The notes beneath the pieces are model-generated. The model did not search any database. It worked only from the letters and a program-made list of their open reading frames with translations, and was not told the origin of the DNA. Positions 17,811 to 26,605 of a stretch of 64,000 nucleotides of DNA are shown in pieces (within the stretch, counting starts at the first letter, position 1; the number at the start of each line of letters is the position of its first letter). Origin of the DNA: a virus. The stretch lies in IMG/VR virus record IMGVR_UViG_3300027917_000024, positions 32,001-96,000 of that record; one strand, 5' to 3'. The translations under genes were made by a program, and so were the position numbers.

Positions 17811-19813
17811 ATTTCAAGTTACTGACAATAAGTGGATTTTCATGTATTGAAAAAGAAGCTAGTATTCCACTCGACGGGGTTGGTCTCTGCTGCATTGAAG
17901 GCCGAGTATTAGATAAGGGATTTATAGATGCCTTCGAAACGGATCAAGTATTTAGAAGTAATGGTGCTGGGAAGAGCTCAATTGTGGAGGCATTTTACTT
18001 CACACTTACTGGAGAGTTTTTCGATTCTGACACTACACTCGCTTCTGTTATTAATCGTTTCTCAAAAGCACCGACCAAACTGTCTATTGAAGGAGATGTG
18101 GATGGTAAGAAATTTAAAGTTTTCCGGTCACTGGATAGTAAATCAAGGCGTCCTGGCAGTAAAGTAGCCCACCGTCTATTCTTTACTTTTGATGGTGAGA
18201 ATATCCACGAGCAAACAAATTCCCTCCCACAAACACAGGAACGTATCAATGAACTTCTCGGCATAACACCACTCTTACTACTCAATAGTAAGATCTTTGG
18301 CCAAGGCGATATAAGCAGTTTCACCAATGTCAATGACCGGCAGAAAAAAGTAATCATAGATAATCTTGTTGGAATAGGTACCTGCGATAAGTTCTGCAAA
18401 GCCTCAAAAGCACTACTATCAGAAGCATCCACAGAAATAGCAACACTAAAGATACAAATCATGAGTAAGAAAGAATCACAGCAACAAGCAGAGGATGAAT
18501 TGATAGAGATACGCTTGAAAGAAACTACTTGGAAGAGAGAAAAGACAGCCAAATTAATAGAAATAGCAAGAAATATAGAAGAGCTTGAAAATGAAATACA
18601 GTTCCTTGAAGATTCAATTAACGAATGTAAGCTATCCAAATCGAAACTTGGTATTCCCGCAGATCAGCAAAATGAGATCAGGAAAAAATTAGAAGAAGTC
18701 AACCTTTTATTGTCTACTACTGAAGGAAGTTTGAAAGAAGAGCAGATAAAATATAACCAGCTAGAGGCAAAATCAAGTTTTCAAATGGGACTCAAAAAGA
18801 GTGTGGAAGACAAGATGATAAAGCTCTCGGATCTCTACCAGAAGGAAGGATCCAAGTGTCCTACCTGTTATCAAGAATTGACAGTCGATGGTTTGAAGAC
18901 TGTGTATAATGAACTAGAGCAAGAACGGAATGATATTAAGAGTGCAGTGGAAGGATTTGCTGTTGAGATCGGGAAATCTACACAGGCCTGTAAGAAATGG
19001 GAAGCAACAAAAGAGGAAATAGATCGAGTAAGAAACAGCTTGAAGGGCCAGATGGGGGCACTAGAACATGTTGTAAAAAAGATAGAGAAAGCTGAATCTG
19101 ATATAGCCCGTTTCGAAGAACTAATCAAAGCAAGTGGAAAGAGAAAAACACTACTTAACAGTAATCTGCGAACTATAGAAAATGAACAATCCCCATATCT
19201 TACATTCCACAAGGGCAAGGAGACAAAGCTTGAAGACATGAAAAAGGAGATTGAAGAGAAAGAAAAGGAGATAGAAAGACTAGAAAAGGATCAACAATAC
19301 TTTAACTTCCTTGTCCGAGCTTTCGATAAGGGAGGTATACCACAACTGATCTCTAATGATGTACTTAAGATTCTAAATAAGATTTTAGAGAAATATAAAA
19401 ACAAGATCTTAGGTCGTAACTTCAATGCTGAATACCAAATGCGAGAAAAAAGAGGTACGGAAGAGATAAGCCTTAACCTTGAAAATCCAACAGGTGGTGA
19501 GGGATATTCAAGGCAATCAAAGGGGGAGAAAAGAAAGATCGATCTGTGTCAAATGTTCACTATATCAGACTTCGCAAAAATGCAGAACAAATGCAACTTA
19601 AATGTTATTTGGTTCGATGAGATATTTTCTGAACTTGATCCTCACAGCTGCGAATCAGTACTAGACATTATCAAAGATTATCCAGCCCAATCTAAATTTA
19701 TCATCACACATAAGGACCTGTTTAAAGACGAATTTAAAAATCGAATCTATGTTGAAAAAAATGGGAACTCATCGACTGTCAGAGTGAATTACGTTACGGG
19801 AGAGGCAGGATGA
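17798..19813 (+). CDS. SbcC/Rad50/gp46-like ATPase
   Basis: NGAGKS Walker A, Q-loop GQG, coiled coil with CPTC Zn hook, QSKGE signature, WFDE Walker B, ITH. Confidence 0.92.
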   Translation: MSRVNFKLLTISGFSCIEKEASIPLDGVGLCCIEGRVLDKGFIDAFETDQVFRSNGAGKSSIVEAFYFTLTGEFFDSDTTLASVINRFSKAPTKLSIEGDVDGKKFKVFRSLDSKSRRPGSKVAHRLFFTFDGENIHEQTNSLPQTQERINELLGITPLLLLNSKIFGQGDISSFTNVNDRQKKVIIDNLVGIGTCDKFCKASKALLSEASTEIATLKIQIMSKKESQQQAEDELIEIRLKETTWKREKTAKLIEIARNIEELENEIQFLEDSINECKLSKSKLGIPADQQNEIRKKLEEVNLLLSTTEGSLKEEQIKYNQLEAKSSFQMGLKKSVEDKMIKLSDLYQKEGSKCPTCYQELTVDGLKTVYNELEQERNDIKSAVEGFAVEIGKSTQACKKWEATKEEIDRVRNSLKGQMGALEHVVKKIEKAESDIARFEELIKASGKRKTLLNSNLRTIENEQSPYLTFHKGKETKLEDMKKEIEEKEKEIERLEKDQQYFNFLVRAFDKGGIPQLISNDVLKILNKILEKYKNKILGRNFNAEYQMREKRGTEEISLNLENPTGGEGYSRQSKGEKRKIDLCQMFTISDFAKMQNKCNLNVIWFDEIFSELDPHSCESVLDIIKDYPAQSKFIITHKDLFKDEFKNRIYVEKNGNSSTVRVNYVTGEAG

Positions 19814-20403
19814 TAAAACAGCTATTGCCAGAAATCGCTTTACCGAACTATAATCTTAACTTTGAATTTGAAAAACGAGAACAGAACGAAAAGGTAAATT
19901 ATGTAAATAGTTTTGGCGAGCTCTCTTTAAAAGACTACCGGATTACCATCATGAAAATGGGAGGAGAGTTCGATAAGTACTTGTATGCAACTTTTGTTTG
20001 TTATTCTATAGCAAATGCCTACGATGTAAATCTCTCCAAGCACAAAGCCTACGCATTAGGATTATTCACTTATCACATTCTAACGTATAACAGCTTCGTA
20101 AAATTATTCAAACAGTTTACAAAAAGGAGTGTATTTACTCCATTTAAAGTGGCAGTTCCATCTTTTAATTTAGAAGTTGAGCCTCATACAGAAGATGACG
20201 CACCACTAGGAATAATCAACGTCCCAAAGCAGCGTATACAAATTTATTCTGAGTGTGTACCAAAGCTCAAGAACGTAATACTTATACATGAATTATTTGA
20301 ATGGGCAAACACGATGTATAACCTAAGTCTGAAACATATTGAAATACAAAGCTTATCTGAAGGACTGGTCTACGTCTTAAACAATAATAATTTTACAACA
20401 TGA
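19810..20403 (+). CDS. Tandem degenerate zincin-like phage domain protein
   Basis: C-terminal half LG....QRIQI...ILIHELFE...LSEGL; the N-terminal half repeats the pattern without the HExxH residues. Confidence 0.5.
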   Translation: MIKQLLPEIALPNYNLNFEFEKREQNEKVNYVNSFGELSLKDYRITIMKMGGEFDKYLYATFVCYSIANAYDVNLSKHKAYALGLFTYHILTYNSFVKLFKQFTKRSVFTPFKVAVPSFNLEVEPHTEDDAPLGIINVPKQRIQIYSECVPKLKNVILIHELFEWANTMYNLSLKHIEIQSLSEGLVYVLNNNNFTT

Positions 20404-20404
20404 T

Positions 20405-20977
20405 ATGAAAATTGGATTCGACTTAGATGGATGTGTAATACAACTAATGCCAACAATGTTGGGCATACTGAAGAAAAAGTACGGCCTGTCTTACACAGAA
20501 CAAGATGTTACATGTTGGAAGCTTGAGGACTGTTTAGGTATTACAGAACAGATGACAAGATCCATTGTTAACGAATCACTTGGTGCATGGAAAAGTTGGA
20601 AGCCATATGAGGGAGCTATCGAATTTATCAATGAATATCATAGGAGGTCAGGAGGAATAGTAACATTCATTACTGGGCGACAGCCCGAATTTCGAATAGC
20701 CACATATGAATGGTTGGATTGGTGGCTCCCTCATATCCCTTATGAACTAATTCTGACAGGTAAAGCTAACAAAGGAGAATTAGCGAGACAACTTCGTATT
20801 CATATGTTTATAGAAGATTATTTCGACGGTGTCCTAGATCTTGCCAATAATGGAATATTTGTACTTATGCCAGCCAGACCTTGGAACAGAGACGTAAATC
20901 TTTTCAATGTAATTACTTTTAATGAGTGGAAAGATATCATGTGTGTTCTAGATTTCTATGGGGGAAATAATGAGTAG
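20405..20977 (+). CDS. HAD-family 5'(3')-deoxyribonucleotidase
   Basis: FDLDG, ITGR, K, FIED and PWN motifs. Confidence 0.88.
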   Translation: MKIGFDLDGCVIQLMPTMLGILKKKYGLSYTEQDVTCWKLEDCLGITEQMTRSIVNESLGAWKSWKPYEGAIEFINEYHRRSGGIVTFITGRQPEFRIATYEWLDWWLPHIPYELILTGKANKGELARQLRIHMFIEDYFDGVLDLANNGIFVLMPARPWNRDVNLFNVITFNEWKDIMCVLDFYGGNNE

Positions 20978-21461
20978 AAAACCTTTCTCCTCCTACGACC
21001 ATAAAACAAATGATCCAATAACAAAAAGGATAGCGGTTAGATTCTTAGAGCAAGGTGGGGAATTTGAACTCCAATGTCCATTAGATGATCAACCAGAACG
21101 ATTTGGAGACTGGGACTTCTTTATCTTTTCTCAGGCATTAAATAGAAATATGTTTGTAGAAGTTCAACGAAAACACGGATGGAAGGATTATGGTAAATGG
21201 CAGCACAACTTTCGGACTGTACATGTAGAAGAAAGAAAACATAAGAGTCGTGCAGAATTATTTATAATGTTTAACTATCACTGTAACACTCTTCTTATAG
21301 GAAGTATGAAAAAAATTATAGAAGCTAAAGTCATAAAAAAAGATTGCAGACTTTCAGATGGGAGTATACTTGAAGATGATCACTTCTACGAACTGCCTCC
21401 AGAAAGTTTTGATTTCTATAAGTTGGATGGTTACGGAGTATGGAGGACTACAAAACCGTGA
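20970..21461 (+). CDS. Putative PD-(D/E)XK-fold nuclease
   Basis: WDFF...FVEVQRK spacing. Confidence 0.5.
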   Translation: MSRKPFSSYDHKTNDPITKRIAVRFLEQGGEFELQCPLDDQPERFGDWDFFIFSQALNRNMFVEVQRKHGWKDYGKWQHNFRTVHVEERKHKSRAELFIMFNYHCNTLLIGSMKKIIEAKVIKKDCRLSDGSILEDDHFYELPPESFDFYKLDGYGVWRTTKP

Positions 21462-21952
21462 GTGGACTTTATTATATAGGTGTAGATCCAGGTATGAGGG
21501 AAGCAGGAGTTGGTGTAATTGACTATGAAGGTAGATTTGTGAAGGGCGAAAGGCTTTCTAACTGGGCTCCTTATCAATTCAAGGAGCTTATTCTTCGTAT
21601 AGTAGATGATAATACCAAGCTTATACATCTTGTTGCAATAGAAAAAGTAGGTGCAATGCCAAAACAAGGAATAGCTAGCACGTCTAAATTCATGAAAGCT
21701 ACAGGTATTATGATCGGGGTACTGGTAGGATTAGAAATTCCATTTGTCGAGGTAGCTCCGCAAACATGGAGGAAGATATCACCAGTACTAGCATCGAAAA
21801 AGGGAGAAACACCAACTGAGAAGAAAAGAAAATCACTTGAGTATATACAAAATAGATACCCTGAAGCCAGACTAATCAAGCAGGTAGAACATAATGTAGC
21901 CGATGCATTATGTATAGCTGAGTGGCTTTACATCAATAGAGGCAAAGTATGA
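21440..21952 (+). CDS. RuvC-like Holliday junction resolvase
   Basis: IGVDPG, IEKV, VAPQTWRK and ADALCIA motifs. GTG 21458 is an alternative start. Confidence 0.88.
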   Translation: MEDYKTVSGLYYIGVDPGMREAGVGVIDYEGRFVKGERLSNWAPYQFKELILRIVDDNTKLIHLVAIEKVGAMPKQGIASTSKFMKATGIMIGVLVGLEIPFVEVAPQTWRKISPVLASKKGETPTEKKRKSLEYIQNRYPEARLIKQVEHNVADALCIAEWLYINRGKV

Positions 21953-22131
21953 CACCTGATAAAGTAGAAAATGCTTTAGACCCAATCAAGAAAGAATGGG
22001 AAAAATTTGTACTTTCAGGCCAGAGTATAACCATTGGGTCTGGACAGAACTGTATATGTATTCCTGCATGGGCTATTCAATTTCTAGCACAGGTGATGGA
22101 GTGGAAACCCTTCGATGACAGAGATTCCTAA
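21949..22131 (+). CDS. Small hypothetical protein
   Basis: ATGA-coupled to the upstream gene and overlaps the next start. Confidence 0.55.
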   Translation: MTPDKVENALDPIKKEWEKFVLSGQSITIGSGQNCICIPAWAIQFLAQVMEWKPFDDRDS

Positions 22132-22819
22132 GTCCGAGCTCCCTTCTCACATTACCGACCAGCACTTCTCCGACAAACAGGCCGCTACAGATGAGGAGTT
22201 CTGGGATAATCAAGCTACACTTCCTGGGTATCAGCCGGTAGTGGTAGATGATGATAACCATACCAGTACAAGAATGCTTTATAACTATCTTTCAACCCAG
22301 ATAAACTTTAGGGACAAGATCATTTTAGATGTGGGCTGTGGTGTAGGAAGAATACTGCCTATCTATATTGAGTTTGGTGCAAGAGAAATTCATGGTATTG
22401 ACATCTCACATAGCATGTTAAAGATTGCCAGATTCAAGCATCCGCATCCTCATGTAATGTTATATAAGATGAACAGTAACAATATGTATGGATTCTCAGA
22501 TAACTTCTTTGATCTTACTATGTGTATAACCACTTTAGCACATATAGGAAACGATGATGACTTAAGCCAGACAGTGCATGAAATAGTACGGGTGACCAAA
22601 CCAGATGGATATATAGTAGTAATCGAGCCCATGTCCTTCAATTTAGTTATGAACTACCCGCACTCTAGGATGACTATGCGCCCAAGTCAGGGTTATCTAC
22701 ACTTATTCAAAGACGGAACAACAAATGTACATAGCAGCCGTGAATGTTTTGGTAGCCCTGATCACCAAGATGCGTGGCGAAATGTGATGATATTCAGAAA
22801 GAACACAGATGCTGCATGA
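22115..22819 (+). CDS. Class I SAM-dependent methyltransferase (small molecule/glycan type)
   Basis: ILDVGCGVG, GIDIS..ML, FDL, L.HI and RVTKPDG motifs; no DPPY or PC DNA-methylase motif. Confidence 0.9.
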   Translation: MTEIPKSELPSHITDQHFSDKQAATDEEFWDNQATLPGYQPVVVDDDNHTSTRMLYNYLSTQINFRDKIILDVGCGVGRILPIYIEFGAREIHGIDISHSMLKIARFKHPHPHVMLYKMNSNNMYGFSDNFFDLTMCITTLAHIGNDDDLSQTVHEIVRVTKPDGYIVVIEPMSFNLVMNYPHSRMTMRPSQGYLHLFKDGTTNVHSSRECFGSPDHQDAWRNVMIFRKNTDAA

Positions 22820-23390
22820 ACCTAGGGGGCAACTAGGAAAGAAAGCGTTACAAAAAAAAAGAGATAAGATACTAGTACGACAGAGAAAGTACAGAGAAGA
22901 AAATAAAGATAAGATACTAGTACGACAGAGAAAGTACTATGAAGAAAATAAAGATGAGATACTAGTACGACAGAGGAAGCGCTATGAAAGGAAGTATAAA
23001 ACTAGCCCAGCATATAGACTCAATTGTAGTATGCGAAGTAATATGTACCAGTCTCTAAAAAAGGGAGGAGGTAAAAGAAACAACCACTGGGAAGATCTCG
23101 TGCCTTATACGCTTGAAGAATTACAACGACACCTAGAATCTAAATTTGATTCCTATATGACTTGGGAAAATTATGGGAGTTACTGGCATGTGGATCATAT
23201 AATTCCATTAGCTAGTTTTACTTTCGAATCTGCTGATGATCCTCAATTTCAATTAGCTTGGGCACTTTCTAATCTACAACCCCTAGAAAGTTCTGAAAAT
23301 ATAGGTAAGGGTGATAGATTTGATCATCCATCTAATAAAAAATTTAAACCTATTCCGAAGGTACTAATTAACAATGATCTACGAACCTAG
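22809..23390 (+). CDS. Free-standing HNH endonuclease with 3 N-terminal 15-aa repeats
   Basis: MTWENYG..WHVDHIIP...NLQPL...N..K HNH core. Confidence 0.88.
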   Translation: MLHEPRGQLGKKALQKKRDKILVRQRKYREENKDKILVRQRKYYEENKDEILVRQRKRYERKYKTSPAYRLNCSMRSNMYQSLKKGGGKRNNHWEDLVPYTLEELQRHLESKFDSYMTWENYGSYWHVDHIIPLASFTFESADDPQFQLAWALSNLQPLESSENIGKGDRFDHPSNKKFKPIPKVLINNDLRT

Positions 23391-23395
23391 GGGGC
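22818..23395 (+). repeat. 13-bp direct repeat GAACCTAGGGGGC flanking HNH-1 (22818-22830 and 23383-23395)
   Basis: Exact match; encodes EPRG at the start of both HNH-1 and GT9. Confidence 0.85.
22862..22979 (+). repeat. 45-bp tandem repeat (about 2.6 units) within HNH-1
   Basis: AGATAAGATACTAGTACGACAGAG recurs at 22862, 22907 and 22952 (one mismatch in the third unit). Confidence 0.9.
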
Positions 23396-24408
23396 TGCAT
23401 GGCAAAGACAAGAAGGTTATTATCCTCATGCTCGAAGGTGGTATTGGAGATCATCTTCTAGCTACACCTCTTCTTCGTGGCCTCAGAAAAAAGTATCCCA
23501 CCGATCAATGGTATCTCATAATGATTGCGATGTACCATGAAGTCTTTGGTTACGAGGATCCCAAAACTAAAGACGGCAATACTTTGATATGCATGAATCC
23601 GTATATCGATAAGCTCTATTCCATGCGACTACCCTCTCGCTTCTATATGGAATGGGCTCGAAATGCAGATGTAATATATCGGTTAAATCCATATATACTA
23701 TCTCCGCAAAGACTAGGCTCTAACCACTTTGCTGAAACATGGTGTACTATTCATGAAGTTAAAATGGACGCTCTTGTATTGGACTATTATATTACTGAGC
23801 ATGAAGACTTAATGGCAAGAAGACTCTATGAAATGCTCGTAAATCCAGTTATTGTAATCCAACCTTTCGGTGCATATGACCCTATCGACCACATCAAAGC
23901 CACCGAGAATAAAGACTGGTGCGATGACAGGTGGGAGTTTATTATTCAACTTCTCTTGAACAGGGGCTACGATATTATTCAGGTGGGAAAGATAGGAGAG
24001 CGAGTATTTAATGGTGTTCTTTCTTTTGTAGGCCATGCAAACATAAGGGAGACGGCAGCTATTATGAAGTATGCCGAGTACTTCATCAGCATTGATTCTT
24101 TTGTAATGCATATGGCCAAAGCACTAAATAAAATTGGTATTGTATTGTGGGGAAGAACTAATCCCTTCAGAGTTGGTTATATGGAGAACTATAATATTTT
24201 CAAGCTGCATTCGTGTCCTGAGATCTTCTGTGGCCGACCAGAAGGAGCGCTCTTCGATATGGCCTTCGATCAGCCCTACTTTACCCCGTGGCAGTGTCCT
24301 CATAGAGACTGCATGAAGGCAATTACAGTAGCAGATGTAGCTAAAGGGATAGGCTTTATGGAACAAAGACTACAGCTGGATCCTGTTACATATGAGAGGA
24401 AGATGTAA
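23374..24408 (+). CDS. Glycosyltransferase family 9 (heptosyltransferase-like, GT-B)
   Basis: GGIGD..LATP.LR.L, KDW, IDSFVMHMA.A and LWG.T motifs; C-terminal C..C...CP..C. Confidence 0.88.
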   Translation: MIYEPRGLHGKDKKVIILMLEGGIGDHLLATPLLRGLRKKYPTDQWYLIMIAMYHEVFGYEDPKTKDGNTLICMNPYIDKLYSMRLPSRFYMEWARNADVIYRLNPYILSPQRLGSNHFAETWCTIHEVKMDALVLDYYITEHEDLMARRLYEMLVNPVIVIQPFGAYDPIDHIKATENKDWCDDRWEFIIQLLLNRGYDIIQVGKIGERVFNGVLSFVGHANIRETAAIMKYAEYFISIDSFVMHMAKALNKIGIVLWGRTNPFRVGYMENYNIFKLHSCPEIFCGRPEGALFDMAFDQPYFTPWQCPHRDCMKAITVADVAKGIGFMEQRLQLDPVTYERKM

Positions 24409-25649
24409 TGGCAGTTCCTAAGAAATACAAAGGGAGGGAAAAAGAATACTATAGAAAGTATTATAAGGAGAACAGGAATAGAATATTAGAACTACAGAGA
24501 AAGAATAGAGAAAAAAATAGGGATAAGATTAGAGATAGACAAAGGAAATACTACAAAAAAAATAAAGATAAGGTGCTCGAAACAAATAAAAGATCTAGGG
24601 AGAAAAGTATAGATAAAAGACTTGAATATGAAAAGAAGTATAGGGAGGAAAACAAAGATAGAATACAAGAATATAAAAAGGAATATGCCAAGAAAAATAA
24701 AGACAGACTGCAAGAATATAAAAAGGAATACTATAAGAAGAACAAAGATACGATAGCAGCCAAGAAGAAAAAGCACAGAGAAAAAAATAAGGATAAGATA
24801 GCAGAAAGTAGTAAGAGATACAGGGAAGAAAATAGGGACGAGATATTAAAGAGGCAAAAACAGTGTAGAGAGAAAAATAGGGATAAAATACTAAAGAGAC
24901 AAAAGGAATATACCGAGAAAAATAAGGACAAAATAAAGGAGTCTCAAAAGAAGTATAGACACCAAAATAAAGCAAAAATAGTAGCTCGACAAAAACAATA
25001 TAGAGAAGAGAACCGGGAGAAAATAAAAGCCGGACGAAAGAGATACTACGAAAAAGAAGAGAACCAGGAGAAAATAAAAGCCGGACGAAAGAGATATTAC
25101 GAAGAGAATAAAGAAAAAATGGCGACTCAACATAAACAGTACTATGAAGAGAACAAAGGCACAATAGCAAAAAAGGCAAAGAAATTTAGAGAAGAAAACA
25201 AGGAGAAAATATCAGAAGGGCAAAGGAAATATTATAAAAAGAATCAGAATGACCCAATGTTTAAGTTGAATGGGGCAATGCGACAAGGAATATATCAGGC
25301 ACTAAAAAGAAATGGAGGAAGTAAAAACGGACGACATTGGGAAGATCTTGTGCCTTATACTCTTGAAGAATTACAACAGCACCTAGAATCTAAATTTGAT
25401 GAAAATATGACTTGGGAAAATTATGGGAGTTATTGGCATCTAGATCATATAATTCCACTAGCCAGTTTTACTTTTCAATCTGCAGACGACCCACAATTTA
25501 AATTAGCTTGGACACTTTCTAATCTACAACCTCTAGAAAGTTCTGAAAATATAGGTAAGGGAAATAGATTTGATCACCCATCCAATAAAAAATTTAAACC
25601 TATTCCAAAAGCTGAAGTGAGCCCCAAAAATTTAGATTGCCTCATCTGA
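24408..25649 (+). CDS. Free-standing HNH endonuclease with about 17-18 N-terminal 15-aa repeats
   Basis: C-terminal HNH core nearly identical to that of 22809-23390; repeat consensus [KR][DE]KIxxxxKxY[YR]ExN. Confidence 0.88.
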   Translation: MAVPKKYKGREKEYYRKYYKENRNRILELQRKNREKNRDKIRDRQRKYYKKNKDKVLETNKRSREKSIDKRLEYEKKYREENKDRIQEYKKEYAKKNKDRLQEYKKEYYKKNKDTIAAKKKKHREKNKDKIAESSKRYREENRDEILKRQKQCREKNRDKILKRQKEYTEKNKDKIKESQKKYRHQNKAKIVARQKQYREENREKIKAGRKRYYEKEENQEKIKAGRKRYYEENKEKMATQHKQYYEENKGTIAKKAKKFREENKEKISEGQRKYYKKNQNDPMFKLNGAMRQGIYQALKRNGGSKNGRHWEDLVPYTLEELQQHLESKFDENMTWENYGSYWHLDHIIPLASFTFQSADDPQFKLAWTLSNLQPLESSENIGKGNRFDHPSNKKFKPIPKAEVSPKNLDCLI

Positions 25650-26153
25650 TAGTCTACGCCAAGAAGTGCCATAATCTGAGGTACAAGTTAAGAAGTAGAT
25701 TTAGTGGTAGGTTTAGGCCTGTACACTCCGGTTATGTATGGCTTTAGTCGCTTTAGTGGCAGTACTTCTGTTCCAAATCCCATACCATGAATAACCCGCC
25801 CATCTCCTATGTACATCCCAAAATGATAGGCTGTTTTCAAAGTAAAGTTAGATATCATTACTATATCTCCATACTGAATATTTTCTATCTTAACTTGATT
25901 AGCTAATTCGGATTTGTCATATTCAAGAATTGCATCGGCTATTTCCTTCTCGCTCTTTAAATCATACTCTGGATCAGGAAAATCATAGTCATGTACTCTT
26001 TTTATTAGATCTATCATCAGTCCCCAACAATCAAACCCTTCTTCTCTTGATCTTCCTCTTTTTGTATAAGGCAATCCAATATAAGTTTCTATATCATCAA
26101 CTTTTCTTGCCATTAAATTGCCTCATCTGATAGTCTACGCCAAGAAGTACCAT
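25632..26153. repeat. 41-bp direct repeat (32-bp exact core at 25636-25667 and 26117-26148) flanking the NlpC/P60 paralog
   Basis: ATTGCCTCATCTGATAGTCTACGCCAAGAAGT occurs twice; it equals the 3' end of gene 26113-26595. Confidence 0.95.
25688..26113 (-). CDS. NlpC/P60 peptidase (lambda K-like), paralog 2
   Basis: GFDCWGL, HFGMY and VIH give the Cys-His-His triad. Confidence 0.9.
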   Translation of the reverse strand: MARKVDDIETYIGLPYTKRGRSREEGFDCWGLMIDLIKRVHDYDFPDPEYDLKSEKEIADAILEYDKSELANQVKIENIQYGDIVMISNFTLKTAYHFGMYIGDGRVIHGMGFGTEVLPLKRLKPYITGVYRPKPTTKSTS

Positions 26154-26595
26154 TATAAAAGTAAAAGGCATTTCCTACAGAATCATAGTAGAGTTTCCCT
26201 TCTTCAGCTGCAGGAGTGCCTAATGGTTCAAATGTAGCAGACCGGATTACACTTCCAGCTGGGGTTTGATTTAAGTGGCTGTCTATTCTGTTTAATGCCT
26301 CAGCCAGTATTGTTGGCCATCCCACATCTCCTTTATCAACTGTAGGCCATTGATAGTGAAAAGTATAGTCTTTTACAATAGCGTAGTTGACATTGATCCT
26401 GTTGGCATCCCCAGCATAAACAGGACTGATCGTAAGTTCTGTGTCGCTGTTAACGCTCTGGATCTCATAAAAATCAGTGTCGCCTACAACAATAAAAATA
26501 TTACTTATACTGGCATTGACTAGCCATCTCGTTCCAGTCCCAGTAACGGTGGCACTTCCTATGTCTATGGATATTGTTCCTGTTCTGTACTGCAT
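26113..26595 (-). CDS. Short tail fibre/adaptor protein (QYRTGT N-terminal family)
   Basis: Start reassigned to ATG 26595 (AGGAGG at 26601-26606). N-terminus MQYRTGTISI..GS.TVTGTGT.W is shared with two neighbouring genes. Confidence 0.75.
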   Translation of the reverse strand: MQYRTGTISIDIGSATVTGTGTRWLVNASISNIFIVVGDTDFYEIQSVNSDTELTISPVYAGDANRINVNYAIVKDYTFHYQWPTVDKGDVGWPTILAEALNRIDSHLNQTPAGSVIRSATFEPLGTPAAEEGKLYYDSVGNAFYFYNGTSWRRLSDEAI

Positions 26596-26605
26596 TCTAA
26601 CCTCC

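Noticed and set aside
24492-25179. Hydrophobic antisense ORFs suggesting membrane proteins
   Set aside because: These are shadows of the A-rich repeat array of HNH-2.
22862-25230. CRISPR-like array
   Set aside because: The repeats are contiguous, in-frame 45/51-bp coding units with no unique spacers, and no cas genes are present.
25632-26153. Diversity-generating retroelement TR/VR pair at a fibre gene 3' end
   Set aside because: Only 41 bp long, the two differences are synonymous C/T changes on the coding strand rather than adenine-specific, and there is no reverse transcriptase in the window.
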